From a virus (Duplodnaviria > Caudoviricetes), in the IMG/VR virus record IMGVR_UViG_3300011339_000428, positions 1-25,821 of that record: a stretch of DNA of 25,821 nucleotides; one strand, 5' to 3'. Within the stretch, counting starts at the first letter, position 1. Every line of letters starts with the position of its first letter. Under the pieces are notes generated by a model. That model had not been told where the DNA came from, did not search any database, and saw nothing but the letters and a program-made list of their open reading frames with translations. This document shows positions 15,106 through 25,400 of this stretch, piece by piece. The translations under genes were made by a program, and so were the position numbers.

Positions 15106-15372
15106 ATGCCATACGTCAACAAACCAAGACCGTACAAGCACGAATACGAAACCTACGACGGCACACCCGCCGTTAAGAAAAAAAGAGCCGAGCGCAACAA
15201 AGCACGGCGGATCATGGAAAAAGCAGGATTAGTTCACAAAGGAGATGGAAAAGATGTCGACCACAAAACGCCTCTTAGTAAAGGCGGAAAAACCACAAGA
15301 TCAAACTTGCGCGTTAAAAGCGCAACAGATAATAGATCATATGCTCGCCGATCAGACCACGGGGTTAAGTAA
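15106..15372 (+). CDS. Small HNH endonuclease
   Basis: AAGGA RBS; DVDHKTPLSKGG...NLRV...N. Confidence 0.85.
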   Translation: MPYVNKPRPYKHEYETYDGTPAVKKKRAERNKARRIMEKAGLVHKGDGKDVDHKTPLSKGGKTTRSNLRVKSATDNRSYARRSDHGVK

Positions 15373-15763
15373 GGCGATTGACGACTCCGTCGCTGACGCA
15401 ATGATGTATGGGTCGATGTTGAATGTAAGTAACAGCAACGGAATAACAGCAATAACAAATGCTGGCCCATACATCACCCACATCGGCAACAGCGCCACCA
15501 TAAGAAGCATATCGCCGTCAGTCTACCCATCACGAGTTCGCCTAAAGAGGACTGAATTGGAAACACACCCTGCATTTGAACTTACCGTGGAACAACTTCG
15601 TGCGGCTTGGATGCTAGCGTATGGAACACGTTGGGTGTCTATGGAAGAGCCTATGAACGACGACTATCTAAATGTAGTCACACATCGACTTATAGCATTT
15701 GGCGAGTTGGAAACCCATGACGTAATTGATCAGTACACGCCTATGGGCAGGATCAAGATATGA
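15341..15763 (+). CDS. Hypothetical protein (start uncertain: 15341 or 15401)
   Basis: Open frame fills the gap and is ATGA-coupled to the next gene; shares a QLRAAW.L.YG motif with it. Confidence 0.65.
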   Translation: MLADQTTGLSKAIDDSVADAMMYGSMLNVSNSNGITAITNAGPYITHIGNSATIRSISPSVYPSRVRLKRTELETHPAFELTVEQLRAAWMLAYGTRWVSMEEPMNDDYLNVVTHRLIAFGELETHDVIDQYTPMGRIKI

Positions 15764-16110
15764 GCACGGGGACAATTAAATATAAGGCGACGGGTAGGTA
15801 CGCTATGGGTTGGACTGATCCTAGGGTCGATGACTATACGACGCGGTTCGAAGAGTTAAAGACTGTAGTAATCGGGCACTTTGCTCGTGGCATGACAAAC
15901 GACCAGCTAAGAGCCGCATGGCTTTTGATGTATGGCGATCAACCGATCTCGTTTCATTCGCTTAGACGTAAGTGGGAAAAGGATGAAACCGGCGACGACA
16001 GGTGTGTAGCGCAGGAAACACACGCACGAGGTTTATTGCTTTCAGAGTCAGACATAAATTCTTACACCCAAATCTACGTACTTAAAGACAAACTCAATGC
16101 AAGTAGTTGA
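15760..16110 (+). CDS. Hypothetical protein, 116 aa
   Basis: AGGA RBS, ATGA overlap. Confidence 0.75.
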   Translation: MSTGTIKYKATGRYAMGWTDPRVDDYTTRFEELKTVVIGHFARGMTNDQLRAAWLLMYGDQPISFHSLRRKWEKDETGDDRCVAQETHARGLLLSESDINSYTQIYVLKDKLNASS

Positions 16111-17638
16111 AAACAAATACCTAGTCATACAGACTGAAGAGCCACAGAAAATTCTTTCGACGATTGCTAAGAGTGCCGAGTACACCGAGGATTCGGTGGC
16201 TGTCCATTGGGGGTTGAAGGAAGCACAGATGCTTAAGACGCTAGGGTTGTCTGACGTGCCGTCCCCGATTGATCGAGACTATGACTGGCCCGGACTCCAT
16301 AGGCCAATGAACCACCAAAAGGAAACCGCATCTTTCCTAACCCTGCACCCACGCGCCTTTTGTTTTAACGAGCAGGGCACTGGTAAAACTGCATCCGCTA
16401 TCTGGGCATCGGACTATTTAATAGCGCAGGGATACATCAGTCGCGTCTTAGTTATCTGTCCCGTATCCATCATGCAAGCCGCATGGCAAGCTGACCTATT
16501 TAAGTTTGCTGTTCACCGCCACGTAGATGTAGCACACGGGGATCGCAAGAAACGCAAGGCTATTGTTGAGGGTGTTGCCGAGTACGTCATCATTAACTAT
16601 GACGGCGTGAGCATTGTTGAAGAAGAACTCAAGGCTGGTGGGTTTGACCTCATCATCATTGACGAAGCCAATGCCTACAAGAACTCTAGGACTGAGCGCT
16701 TTAAAACGTTGAGAAGAATCACCACTCCTGATACTTGGATATGGATGATGACTGGTACACCTGCAGCTCAATCACCATTAGACGCTTACGGCCTTGCCAA
16801 ACTCTGCGTGCCTGCAAGAACCCCACACTTGTACACGGCGTTCCGTGATGTTGTGATGTATCAGTTCTCGCGATTCAAGTGGATACCGAAGCCACAAGCC
16901 CAAGACATAGTGCACAACTTACTGCAACCTGCAATCCGCTTTGAAAAGAAAGACTGTATTGATCTGCCTGATGTGACACATACTTCACGGTTTGCACCAC
17001 TAACACCACAGCAAACAAAATACTACAAAGACCTCAAGAAAGAGATGTTGATCGAAGCAGTTGGCGATGAAGTCTCTGCAGTAAATGCGGCGGCTCAGTT
17101 AAACAAACTACTACAAATCTCTTGCGGGGCTGTGTACACCGATACTAAGAATGTTATAGAGTTTGACGCATCTAGCCGACTAAACATTTTGTTAGAAGTT
17201 ATTGAGGAAGCCAGCCATAAAGTTTTAGTATTTGTACCGTTTACACATGCACTAAATCTAATACAAGATTTCCTAACTAAAAACAAGGTAACGTCAGAGA
17301 TTATCAATGGCTCTGTAAGCGTGTCAAAGCGCACCGACATCTTCAAAAGGTTTCAAGAACAAGATGAGCCACGAGTACTTTTGATTCAACCGCAAGCGGC
17401 GGCACATGGGGTAACCCTTACTGCCGCTAACGTAATCGTATGGTACGCTCCTGTCACGTCGATTGAAACATACTTGCAAGCAAACGCACGTATTGATAGA
17501 CCGGGGCAACGCAACCCCATGACAGTCGTGCATCTTGAAGGTAGTCCAGTAGAAACAAAACTCTACGGTATGTTGCAAAACAAATTGGACTTCCACAACA
17601 AGATTATCGACCTGTATAAAAGTGAAATTAACTCTTGA
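16097..17638 (+). CDS. SNF2-family (SF2) helicase/ATPase
   Basis: HQKE, EQGTGKT, LVICP, IIDEAN, TGTP, HGVTLTAAN, QANARIDRPGQ. Confidence 0.93.
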   Translation: MQVVENKYLVIQTEEPQKILSTIAKSAEYTEDSVAVHWGLKEAQMLKTLGLSDVPSPIDRDYDWPGLHRPMNHQKETASFLTLHPRAFCFNEQGTGKTASAIWASDYLIAQGYISRVLVICPVSIMQAAWQADLFKFAVHRHVDVAHGDRKKRKAIVEGVAEYVIINYDGVSIVEEELKAGGFDLIIIDEANAYKNSRTERFKTLRRITTPDTWIWMMTGTPAAQSPLDAYGLAKLCVPARTPHLYTAFRDVVMYQFSRFKWIPKPQAQDIVHNLLQPAIRFEKKDCIDLPDVTHTSRFAPLTPQQTKYYKDLKKEMLIEAVGDEVSAVNAAAQLNKLLQISCGAVYTDTKNVIEFDASSRLNILLEVIEEASHKVLVFVPFTHALNLIQDFLTKNKVTSEIINGSVSVSKRTDIFKRFQEQDEPRVLLIQPQAAAHGVTLTAANVIVWYAPVTSIETYLQANARIDRPGQRNPMTVVHLEGSPVETKLYGMLQNKLDFHNKIIDLYKSEINS

Positions 17639-17662
17639 CACTGTCAACAAAAAGAGTATAAT
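17635..17662 (+). promoter_or_regulatory. sigma70 promoter with a palindrome over the -35
   Basis: TTGACA-16 nt-TATAAT; TTGACA-C-TGTCAA perfect dyad at 17635-17647. Confidence 0.8.
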
Positions 17663-17740
17663 GATATCCGTTGTATATAGAAAATTCAATTTTCTATGCA
17701 TATGCAACACGACATGTATAAAAAATAATTTGGAGTGAGT

Positions 17741-18136
17741 ATGGAATCAGATTTTTCTATTGAGAAAGTCGTCGAGGCTTACATTAAGATTCGCGACACT
17801 AAAGAAGCAATGTACGCAAAGTACAAAGCCGAGTCTGCCCAGTTAGAAGAGCAGATGACTATCCTAAAGCACAAGTTACTTGAGGTTTCGAAAGAGACTG
17901 GCGTGACTAGCTTTTCAACACCGCAGGGCACTGCGTATCGAACCGTCAAAGACCGCTTCTGGACTAATGACTGGGAAAGCTTCTATAAATTTATGCAAGA
18001 GCATCAAGCTATGGGGCTATTGGAGAAACGTATTCATCAAACGAATATGAAAGAGTTCTTAGAGAACAACCCCGATGTTGAGCCTATGGGCTTGAACATT
18101 GATCGGGAATATGAAATCACCATTCGGAGGAAGTAA
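17741..18136 (+). CDS. Coiled-coil protein of the phage replication module, 131 aa, function unknown
   Basis: GGAG RBS; N-terminal coiled coil, then T.QGT..R and DWESFY motifs. Confidence 0.8.
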   Translation: MESDFSIEKVVEAYIKIRDTKEAMYAKYKAESAQLEEQMTILKHKLLEVSKETGVTSFSTPQGTAYRTVKDRFWTNDWESFYKFMQEHQAMGLLEKRIHQTNMKEFLENNPDVEPMGLNIDREYEITIRRK

Positions 18137-18312
18137 TGGACAGTGAAGAATTGCAGTTCCGCAAGGAACGCGACGATCTTTTCTACCGAGAGCGTGCGGT
18201 AGATCATGCGCTTATTCTGATGAAACAGAACAAGCAACACGAGTCAGTTGGAGAACTGATTCACAACGCAAATGTTATATACAACTTTATTAAAGGAAAA
18301 TCAAATGAGTAA
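18136..18312 (+). CDS. Small hypothetical protein, 58 aa (not in the ORF track)
   Basis: GGAGG RBS, TAATG overlap; MDSEELQFRKERDDLFYRERAV... Confidence 0.7.
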   Translation: MDSEELQFRKERDDLFYRERAVDHALILMKQNKQHESVGELIHNANVIYNFIKGKSNE

Positions 18313-19177
18313 CGACCTCGCGCTTTTTAGCAACAACCTCCCCGACTACTTAAAGGAAGTCGGTCTCGATGACATGACCAAGGCTCTTGCCGGTAACACT
18401 GGCATGAAGCGCATCTCCATCCGTGGTGGTGTGTTCCGCATGATGGTTAGCGGTGAGGAAATTGCAAAGAACGAAAACCGTGCAATGAACATTGTCATTG
18501 TGAACGGCGCATCTAAGGTGTCGCGTTCTTTCTATGCTGGTAAGTATGTTGCTGGCGAGACTTCACACCCTGATTGCTGGTCTAACGACGGCGATAAACC
18601 CGATGCAAGCATCGAGTATCCACAACACTCTTCTTGCGAAGGCTGTTCACAAAACATCAAGGGCTCTGGTCAAGGCGATTCACGCGCCTGTCGCTATCAG
18701 CAACGCTTGGCTGTCTTGTTAGCCGACGACGTTGGAGGTGATGTGTTCCAGTTGGTGTTGCCCGCCAAGTCGATTTTCGGTCGTGGCGATACTGACAAGA
18801 TGCCTTTCCAGCAATACGCTAAGTATGTTGGCGCACAAGGCAAGAGCCTCGGCACTTTGGTAACAGAGATGCGTATGGACAGCGATAGCGATACTCCCAA
18901 GTTGACCTTCAAGCCTGTGCGTTTCCTGACTAAAGACGAGTGGTTGTCTGCAAAAGAGAAAGGCGATAGCCCTGCCGCTAAAGCCGCTGTTGTGCAAACA
19001 CCATCACAGACCGACGGTGCTAAGAAGAAAGCAATCGCCGCTCCAGCCCCTGCCGCTAAAGCCGAAGCTGAAGAAGTAATGCCTGAGCCAACTAAACGCA
19101 CCATCAAGAAGAACGTCGAACCCGCTCCTAAGAAAGAGTTCAATGACGTACTGAAGCAATGGACTGAAGAAGAGTAA
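18305..19177 (+). CDS. Probable single-stranded DNA-binding/annealing protein, 290 aa
   Basis: AAGGA RBS; Cys cluster CWSNDG...CEGC...ACR, Ala/Pro/Lys-rich linker and acidic tail QWTEEE; replication-module context. The function is inferred. Confidence 0.65.
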   Translation: MSNDLALFSNNLPDYLKEVGLDDMTKALAGNTGMKRISIRGGVFRMMVSGEEIAKNENRAMNIVIVNGASKVSRSFYAGKYVAGETSHPDCWSNDGDKPDASIEYPQHSSCEGCSQNIKGSGQGDSRACRYQQRLAVLLADDVGGDVFQLVLPAKSIFGRGDTDKMPFQQYAKYVGAQGKSLGTLVTEMRMDSDSDTPKLTFKPVRFLTKDEWLSAKEKGDSPAAKAAVVQTPSQTDGAKKKAIAAPAPAAKAEAEEVMPEPTKRTIKKNVEPAPKKEFNDVLKQWTEEE

Positions 19178-19419
19178 TGGATAACAGGGGTTACGCAACT
19201 CGAATCGTCCGTGCTAACCAAGAAGCAGACATAAAAAGCCCCGGTGTGAAGCTGGGGCGTGTCTGTATTAAAAAAGAGTACACCGTTCGTGAAGTCGCCG
19301 AGTACTTTGGAGTCAGCCGCATGACCATCTATAAATGGTTTACAGGCGAGTGGATTCCACGCAAGGTACACGAGACCAAAATAAACGAGATGCTCGCAAA
19401 GGTTAGTAATGTTCAGTAG
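19177..19419 (+). CDS. Cro/XRE-like HTH protein
   Basis: TVREVAEYFGVSRMTIYKWFTG..P. Confidence 0.85.
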   Translation: MDNRGYATRIVRANQEADIKSPGVKLGRVCIKKEYTVREVAEYFGVSRMTIYKWFTGEWIPRKVHETKINEMLAKVSNVQ

Positions 19420-19470
19420 CGTTCGGTTGGGGCTTGCCGCGCCCCTCCGACGCATTTCTTAAAGGCGGCT

Positions 19471-22287
19471 ATGACAAGAGCAGATTTACTGTCGACGGTA
19501 TTATCGTCTGACGGATGGTACTGCGTGGTAGGTCTAAAGAAGACAGGCCACCCTCGGCAAATATTTGTTGAGGACATGCAGGGGGTAGAGGATGCCGTTC
19601 AGACTTTGCTGGACGAAGAATTTGACGTGTACTTTGCATGTGCAAAGTATGAAGAATCTGGTGCACGCACCAACGATAACGTAAAAAACATCAAGGCTTT
19701 TTGGCTTGATATTGATTGTGGAGTAGGTAAGCCGTATGCCGATCAAGGTGACGGACTAAGCGCGCTCAAAACATTTTGTAAAACTGTTGGCTTACCAAAG
19801 CCGACGATTGTTAATTCTGGTCGTGGACTGCACGTCTACTGGCCTTTGACTGAACCAATCACCCGTAAAGAGTGGGTTAACGCCGCTAAACGTCTGAAGG
19901 TTGTATGTAATCAGGAAGGTTTGGAGGATGATCCAGCACGCACGGCTGATGCCGCGTCTATTCTGCGGATGCCCGACACATTCAATCATAAGGCTGAGCC
20001 ACCACTACCCGTAGCGGTTATGGTGATGGGCGACGAGATTTCGTTTGATGAGTTCAAAGACAAACTTGGCGTGATGGACGAGACGCCAGACTATCTGCCT
20101 ACATTTGCAGATGACATGACCAAGGCGTTGATGGGCAATCGTCAGCACCGATTCCAAATCATAGTAGACAAGAACGTAAACGGCACAGGCTGTCTGCAGC
20201 TAGCTAGAGCAATCGCTGACCAAAAGGTTTTGGACGAACCACGTTGGCGTGCCGCACTATCTATTGCCAAGTTCTGCACGGATGCCGACACCGCCATACA
20301 TGACGTGTCGAGAGAGCACCCTGACTACCACCCTGACGAGACAGTCGCCAAGGTACAACTAATCAAAGGCCCGTACACATGCCAGTCGTGGGAGTCTATC
20401 AATCCGTCGGGGTGCGCAGGTTGCATTCACAAAGACAAGATCAAATCCCCCATCACGCTAGGCGCAGAGATTGCCGCCGCTACAGCAGAGGACAACACGG
20501 TTGAGTACGTGACGGAAGAGAAGACAGTTGTCTATGACATCCCTGAGTATCCCTTTCCATACTTTAGAGGTAAGAACGGCGGCGTCTACCGCAAGTCAGA
20601 TGATGAGGACGACCCCGAAGCCGACTTGATTTACGAACATGACCTGTATGTGGTCAAGCGATTGAAAGACCCGCAAGCGGGCGAAACCATCTGGATGCGT
20701 CTGCACACCCCCCGTGACGGCGTAAAAGAGTTTGCGTTGCCTGTGGTGGATTTGCTGACAACAGATAAGTTACGCGAGAAGCTGGCTTGGTTTGGTGTCG
20801 TGGCGCTGAAGAAGCAAATGGAAAACATCATGGCCTACATCGTTCGTTCGGTAAAGGAGATGCAATACAAACAAGGAGCAGAGATTATGAGGACGCAGTT
20901 CGGTTGGACCGAGAAGGATAAATCGTTTATCTTGGGTGAGCGGGAGATTACCGCACAGGGTGACAAGTACAGCCCACCATCTAGTTATACAGCAGACCTT
21001 TCAGACTGGTTCAACCCAGTCGGTGATTTTGAAGAATGGAAAAGTGTAATAAACAAGTACAACATTCCGGGGTTCGAACCCCATGCGTTTGGGTTCTTTA
21101 CTGCGTTTGGCGCACCGCTGATGAAGCATCTGCACCTCAAAGGCGCAATCATTAACATGATTAACAACGAGTCTGGCACAGGCAAGACAACAGCCATCAA
21201 AGCCATGCACAGTGTGTACGGGCACCCCGAAGAACTAATGCTGATCGAGCGGGACACTATGGCAGTGCGCTTACACCGACTCGGTGTGATGAACAATATT
21301 GGGTTAGGCTGTGACGAGATTACCAAGATGAAGCCAGACGACTGTTCTGACTTTGCCTATGCAGTTTCTCAAGGTCGAGGTCGTGGACGTATGAACTCCA
21401 ACTCGAACTCTGAGCGCAAGAACTTTGCTAAGTGGCAGACTATGCTTCTTTGTTCGTCAAACGCATCGATCGTAGACAAGCTTAAGTCCTTGAAGTCCAC
21501 ACCCGACGGTGAGTTGATGCGTGTAATTGAGTATCAAATCCCTGAGACTAAGCTAATCACTAAGGAAGAAGCCGACGATCTGTATCCCAAACTCTACACA
21601 AACTACGGGCATGCAGGGTCTATCTACATCCGTGACTTGGTAGAAAACTTGGAAGAGCGCATCTTAGAAGTTAAGGAGCTACAGCGCATCATCGACAAGC
21701 AGATTGGATTTACAGGCCGTGAGCGGTTCTGGTCAGGTGTAGCGGCATGCAACATAGCTGGTGCTTTGTTTGCCAAGCGTTTAGGAATCCATGATATCGA
21801 TGTAGGTCGCGTGCTTAAGTGGGCGGTTGCCGAGTTTGGTCAGATGCGTACAGAGATTAAGCCACCAGCCACAACCCACAGCAGTGTGATCGGCGAGTAC
21901 TGGAGTGAGCATCGTCGCAATACCTTGGTGATTAACGATCAGGCAGACAAACGTACTGGGGTAGAGATGCTCCCTATCTTAGAACCACAGGGCGAACTCA
22001 TCATTCGGATGGAGCCTGATACCCGCAAACTGTTCATCATCAGTAAGAAGTTACGGGCTTGGTGTGCTGAGCACCAGATCACGATAAAGGATGTGCTTAC
22101 CTCACTTACCAAAGACGGTATCTATGTTGGCACCGTGAAGAAACGCATGGCTAAAGGCACGAAGATTAGCGGCATTCCGCCAGTTGATGCGTTTGTATTC
22201 GATTGTTCTAAGGGTGATTTCCTTGACCCCGATGCTTTCATAGGTACTACAGATACGGATGAGGCGCAAGCCGATGAGGATAAATGA
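19471..22287 (+). CDS. Primase-helicase: AEP/RepB-like primase, Cys-rich domain, DUF927 and P-loop helicase
   Basis: WLDID and NSGRGLHVYW primase motifs; C...CAGCIH; QFGW; SGTGKTT Walker A, CDE Walker B, GRGRGR, SSN. Confidence 0.9.
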   Translation: MTRADLLSTVLSSDGWYCVVGLKKTGHPRQIFVEDMQGVEDAVQTLLDEEFDVYFACAKYEESGARTNDNVKNIKAFWLDIDCGVGKPYADQGDGLSALKTFCKTVGLPKPTIVNSGRGLHVYWPLTEPITRKEWVNAAKRLKVVCNQEGLEDDPARTADAASILRMPDTFNHKAEPPLPVAVMVMGDEISFDEFKDKLGVMDETPDYLPTFADDMTKALMGNRQHRFQIIVDKNVNGTGCLQLARAIADQKVLDEPRWRAALSIAKFCTDADTAIHDVSREHPDYHPDETVAKVQLIKGPYTCQSWESINPSGCAGCIHKDKIKSPITLGAEIAAATAEDNTVEYVTEEKTVVYDIPEYPFPYFRGKNGGVYRKSDDEDDPEADLIYEHDLYVVKRLKDPQAGETIWMRLHTPRDGVKEFALPVVDLLTTDKLREKLAWFGVVALKKQMENIMAYIVRSVKEMQYKQGAEIMRTQFGWTEKDKSFILGEREITAQGDKYSPPSSYTADLSDWFNPVGDFEEWKSVINKYNIPGFEPHAFGFFTAFGAPLMKHLHLKGAIINMINNESGTGKTTAIKAMHSVYGHPEELMLIERDTMAVRLHRLGVMNNIGLGCDEITKMKPDDCSDFAYAVSQGRGRGRMNSNSNSERKNFAKWQTMLLCSSNASIVDKLKSLKSTPDGELMRVIEYQIPETKLITKEEADDLYPKLYTNYGHAGSIYIRDLVENLEERILEVKELQRIIDKQIGFTGRERFWSGVAACNIAGALFAKRLGIHDIDVGRVLKWAVAEFGQMRTEIKPPATTHSSVIGEYWSEHRRNTLVINDQADKRTGVEMLPILEPQGELIIRMEPDTRKLFIISKKLRAWCAEHQITIKDVLTSLTKDGIYVGTVKKRMAKGTKISGIPPVDAFVFDCSKGDFLDPDAFIGTTDTDEAQADEDK

Positions 22288-22468
22288 CCTTGACTATCAG
22301 ATTAACTGGCGCAAGTTCAAAAAGGGCACGTCGTTCTTTGTGCCCTGCCTAAGAATAGAAGAAGGAATAGAAACAGTCCGAGCCGTGACTAAGCGGCTTG
22401 GGTTTAGGGTGGCAATAAAAGCCGTCATTGAAGACGGCATCAAAGGTCTGCGGGTCTGGCGTAAATGA
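22274..22468 (+). CDS. Small basic protein ending GLRVWR, 64 aa
   Basis: GAGG RBS; W..F..G.SFFVP and GLRVWR pattern of small phage basic proteins. Confidence 0.7.
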   Translation: MRINDLDYQINWRKFKKGTSFFVPCLRIEEGIETVRAVTKRLGFRVAIKAVIEDGIKGLRVWRK

Positions 22469-25400
22469 TTACTGCATGCCGTAGCGCAACATAGGAGCGG
22501 TACGTCCTAGCATCTTCTCGTTTAATTTAGCGCCGACTGCTTCGGCTTGCGCCTTGGCTTCTGCACGAGCATCAAACGAGTTAGAGATAGCGTCACCGTC
22601 AATAGCAACCTCTGGATACTTCAGAGAGAATTCGTTGGATTTTTGTAGCGCGTCTGCATAACTAGGCTTGCCGCGCTCCATCCACAGTCGGTCTAACAGA
22701 GAATTACGTCTGTCAAGTATCTTTTGCTCAAAGGTTTTTGCTTGAATGGCGGCTTTCTGCGCCTGCGCAAGTTTCTCTGGCTGTAGGCCAATTGCCTGCA
22801 TACCCAACTCCCACATAGTGAATTGGTCTGGGTAAAGGCCACCAATAACTTCACCGCCACGAGATGTAGCACCTTCAGTTCCAAGACGATACGCAGTGGC
22901 GGGTTTAGCAAACATAGCAGGAGCAGTCTTCTCGAATGCACGACCCCACTGACCTTCACCTGCTAACTGCCAAGCATCTGCCCAATTCAAACCTAATCCA
23001 ACGGTTGGACCAATGTTAGCGATGATGTCTTGTTGTAGGGCTTGTCGCGCATCAGGGGAGTACCGACCTTCACGCCACCAGAGGTTTGCCATGTCCAAGC
23101 TAACACGATCAGCAAGCGATGTTCCAGTCATAGTAGCAACAGGTCCGCGCGCAAGCGCTTCGCCAAGGGTGATGCCAGCCTTCTCGGATTTCTCGGCATC
23201 CATACCCATCTTCTTAAAGATTGCAGCAGCAGAACCGCCAACTTCGTTTTCCATATAGTTATAGAACCAGTTCTCCCAATCGAAGAACTCGTCATCGTCA
23301 TCTGGCGCAAACATCTTAATCAGTTGACCGAGCATGGAGAAGAACGGCTGGGCGGCTATGCCACCAAACAAGAATGTCATACCGAGAATACCTGCAAGGC
23401 GCTTCATGCCTTCACGATATGCTTGCTTACGAATCTGTTCGGCTTCATCTAAGCGCTGGTCAATCACCGACTGCGTCAATCCATCCTTAATCATCTCTTG
23501 ACGGAACTGCTCAATTTCAGCCTTACGGAATGGGGCACCAACAGATAAGTAAGTATTGCGTAATACGTTGTATGTAGCAGCAATAGCATATTGCTTGAAC
23601 TGGGCAACTACGTTCAATAACGGAGCTTCAGCAAACACACGACCTTTTGTCTGACGGGTGTAGTCACCAAGAGTTAGACCTGCAATATCACGAGCTTCTT
23701 GCAATGCAAGCTCAAACGCTTCATTCGGCGTATTCATTACAGGCTTGCCAGCGTTATCACGCTCGACTACACCACGAATAGTTCGTTTAGGCTGCTTTGT
23801 AAAATTGTCGTACGCCAGTTCAAATACAGTAAGCAATGCAATCTCGCGGTTGAGTCGCTCAGCTTGGTGGAATACGCCCGCCAAAAGTTTCTTTGCGGTA
23901 TTTGAATACCCAGTGTAAAGTGCTGATGGGTGCTCACTAAGGTCAAAAATATCGTTAGTCATGGAGATGTTAATGTCTCCGTCGTCCACAAATCGTTTAG
24001 CCGCACGTTGCACGATCGGGTCCATCTTAGCCAGAATGCTGCTTTCCACAATAGATGGGAACGACACCTGCATAAATTTACCGCGTGCAGCAGGTGCTAA
24101 CGAACGCTCAGGCAACGAGAGCCCATAGAGCCCCATATATTTGAGCATCTTCACATTAGTTTTAGCGTAACCGTAGCGTCCGCCGATATACGGCATCGTG
24201 AGTTGCGCCATACCAACAATGTTGAGTAACGCGCTAGCAGGAGCCGATAACATAAAGAAGAACGTTGTGCCTGTTATAGAACCAACTGCTTGGGCTATTG
24301 CACTCTTGTCCTCAACGCCAAGGATAACCTTGGTGCGTTTTTCCAACTCCAACACATAGTCACGATACACAGCACCCTGCTGAGGAGTCACTGCGTGCGC
24401 CGCTTCCATGTTATCAATGTGGTCACGGGCGTTGTTTATGTTGTTAACGAAAGGTTCGGCGTATTTAAATCTAGCCATCTGGTATGCGCTACGCACAGCA
24501 GTCTGGGCAAACACCCGCAACAAATCACTGCTAGCACCTTGAACGGCCCGACGGTTAATAAACATCTTACGCATACTTTGCTGTGGCAATAGCATATAGA
24601 CAAGTTGGTTGAGGCTGTCTTTTATCTCAGACTTGATACCTGCTACATCTGTGGCAGTCAAACTATTGATTGTTTCTTCAAGGTCGCGCAACACTTGGGT
24701 TGTAGCGATATTCTGTGAATACAAATCAGATATGCCGTCACCCATACGCATAGTATCTGCGGCTGCTTTCTGCAAAGCATTACCACCTTGCAACGCCCGA
24801 CGGCGCTTGTTAAATGCAAGGTTGCGGCTGATAGCACTCTCAAAGGTGTAGAACTCTTTATTAGGACCCTTACCAACTTGGAACCAGTGATCTCCAAAAC
24901 GACGTAATGGGAAGTATGGAGCTACCAACTTACTAGGGCCAAACTGTTCGTTGATCTTACGGATCATCTCTTGGCGTTGCGCTTTAGGCAAACCTAATGC
25001 ACGCTGCTTCATGGTACGAACCATCTCGTTTACTTGATTGCCAAAAAAGTCTCGTGTTTCGCGATACAGTTGTTTGAACTCAGGGCGCAACGCGGCAAAT
25101 GCGTTATCAAGAGCGTCGGCTACGCCACCTGCAGGAACTCCAGCATCAGGATCACGCGCACGGATAGTAGCCTCCAACATAATGCGTGACATTAAAGAGG
25201 CTTGCTTTGGGTACTTACCTTGCAGCGGGCCCCATGTCTGCACAATATTCTCGGCAACTTTAATTTGCTGTCCACGGTACGCCACCATCTTCTCAACAAT
25301 ACTCACAGCACCTGTGATCTCTGGAAGTTTGCGACGAGTCAAATCTTTAAGCTGCCGTAACTGCAAGACTGGCAATATCACAGCACGAGTAGCCGTGCCG

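Noticed and set aside
15245-15340. Long overlap of the 172-aa ORF with the HNH gene
   Set aside because: A later start (15341 or 15401) removes most of the overlap; nothing supports dual coding
16660-16675. DEAN instead of DEAH/DESH in SNF2 motif II as a sign of inactivation
   Set aside because: The catalytic D-E pair and the other helicase motifs are intact; the fourth position varies
18697-19455. 252-aa minus-strand ORF
   Set aside because: Antisense shadow of the SSB-like and HTH genes, with no recognisable motif
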